Below, in pieces: positions 61,634-62,897 of a stretch of 62,897 nucleotides of DNA. The first letter of the stretch is position 1. Each line of letters begins with the position of its first letter. The translations under genes and the position numbers were made by a program. Source of the stretch: an uncultured Clostridia bacterium (GTDB lineage Bacteria; Bacillota; Clostridia; Christensenellales; UBA1242); the NCBI GenBank assembly GCA_949841045.1, contig CATKXS010000006.1, forward strand, positions 1 to 62,897, written 5' to 3'. A model generated the notes under the pieces. It ran no database searches and was not told the origin of the DNA. It was given only the letters and a program-made list of their open reading frames with translations.

Positions 61634-62515
61634 ATGAAAAATATTAGAATATGTGATACGCACAATGATTTTCTGACCGAACTCAAAGTGTGTGAAATAG
61701 AGGATTATATTAATAGATGTGAAGAGTGTGGGGTGGAGATTATATCCGCATCATACTGGAGTAGCGAAAGAGATGAAGCTAAAATTGAAGAGGAGCTTAC
61801 AAATAGAAGCAACGCTTTGCGACTTGCAAGCAAAAATTATCTTTTGCACATTGAGGATTTATGGTGGGTCAAGAATAAAGAGAAATTAAAATTTTTATTA
61901 GACCTCAAACCTTTTTCATGTTCTCTTACATGGAATTTTGACAATGCGCTTGCTGGCGGAAGCAAGGAGTCGGGTGGACTTACAATGTGGGGCGAAAGGT
62001 GTTTGAAAGAACTAATTGAGAGCGATATTGTAGTTGATTTGGCACATTTAAATCGAAAAAGTTTTTATCAAGTCGCTAGGTTATTGAAAAACAAATTATA
62101 CTGCTCTCATACAGGCTTTTATGGTGTGAAAAGACATAAGCGGAATTTGACAGATAAGCAAATTGATATGATTGTTAAGAGCGGTGGTTTTATAGGATTA
62201 TTTTTCTATGATAAGTGTTTGCAAGCAAATGACAAAGTTGAAAGTCTTAACAAAATGAATAGAGCCAGCTTAAAGCTAGGTGGCGGGCAGTTTAATATAG
62301 ATGATATAGTTAAAAGTCTTAACTATTTTACTTTGCGATGGGGATTTGACAATATTGGCATTGGAAGCGATTTTTATGGAATTGAGAATTATCCGAAGGG
62401 GCTTGAAAACTATGAGGACTTTCCTAATTTATTGAATGCTTTAGTAAAAGAAGGTTATAATTTAAACCAAATTGACAAAATTTTTTATACAAATTTTAAA
62501 AATATAATGCTTTAA
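61634..62515 (+). CDS. Membrane dipeptidase (M19)
   Basis: DTHND, LHIE, SLTWN, VDLAH, SH, RNL, GIGSDF.G. Confidence 0.85.
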   Translation: MKNIRICDTHNDFLTELKVCEIEDYINRCEECGVEIISASYWSSERDEAKIEEELTNRSNALRLASKNYLLHIEDLWWVKNKEKLKFLLDLKPFSCSLTWNFDNALAGGSKESGGLTMWGERCLKELIESDIVVDLAHLNRKSFYQVARLLKNKLYCSHTGFYGVKRHKRNLTDKQIDMIVKSGGFIGLFFYDKCLQANDKVESLNKMNRASLKLGGGQFNIDDIVKSLNYFTLRWGFDNIGIGSDFYGIENYPKGLENYEDFPNLLNALVKEGYNLNQIDKIFYTNFKNIML

Positions 62516-62520
62516 AGATA

Positions 62521-62856
62521 AAAAAATATTTAGATAGAAGTTTAAATGTAGGATTTTCAGGGGGAGAAAAAAAGAAGAATGAAATTTTGCAAATGCTTAT
62601 ACTTAATCCGAGACTTGCAATATTAGATGAAACAGATTCTGGGCTAGATGTTGATGCTATAAAAACTGTATCTAAAGGGATACAGATGTTTAAAAATGAT
62701 GAAAATGCAGTTTTGATAATTACACATAATACAAAAATATTGCATAGTTTAAAAGTTGATTATGTGCATATTTTGGTTGATGGGAAAATAGTGAAAACTG
62801 GCGGACAAGATTTAGCTAAGGAAATTGAGGAAAATGGATATGCACAGTATAAATAA
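62521..62856 (+). pseudogene. sufC: 5'-truncated SufC ABC ATPase (C-terminal part only)
   Basis: KYLDRSLNVGFSGGEKKKNEILQM...LDETDSGLDVD...IITH; no Walker A; in-frame stop just upstream. Confidence 0.85.
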
Positions 62857-62873
62857 TGAAAGGATTATAAATA

Positions 62874-62897
62874 ATGGCAAAAACTAATATTGATGAA
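62874..62897 (+). CDS. Start of the next gene, probably sufB (truncated by the window end)
   Basis: AAGGA RBS, MAKTNIDE; position after sufC. Confidence 0.45.

Overview
AT-rich chromosome segment from a low-GC Bacillota (Clostridia-like, probably a gut organism), using the standard genetic code. Positions 1-8.9 kb are a nest of accessory islands downstream of a tRNA-Arg(CCT) 3' end, which recurs as decayed copies at 1828 and 8821. Island 1 holds an orphan toxin-tip ORF broken by an in-frame TGA plus two CPCC-type putative immunity paralogs. Island 2 holds a nucleotide kinase, a variant Gre factor, a CYTH protein, LysR, a U32 Fe-S protein, a methyltransferase, a viperin-like radical SAM enzyme and a dead second radical SAM gene. 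Next come two giant surface proteins (NPCBM/CBM32/Ig-repeat protein; M60 peptidase), a Ca-type P-ATPase and a stand-alone adenylosuccinate-synthetase homolog carrying PurZ (diaminopurine, Z-base) signatures with no prophage context. A long housekeeping block follows (mtaB, rpsU, rplS, alkD-like, comM, dprA, topA, hslVU, tcdA, trxA, iscS/iscU, SRP RNA, T-box-ileS, pepF, glmM, acetyltransferase-only glmU). After tRNA-Gly(CCC) lie a small cassette-like island with repeated palindromic ends, a BclA-like collagen gene, cadC/cadA and two peptidases, then an abrupt junction into a 5'-truncated sufC. The best candidates for new biology are the chromosomal PurZ-like gene and the tRNA-Arg-bounded viperin-like nucleotide-modification cluster. 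All family calls come from motif recognition by eye; no database searches were run.
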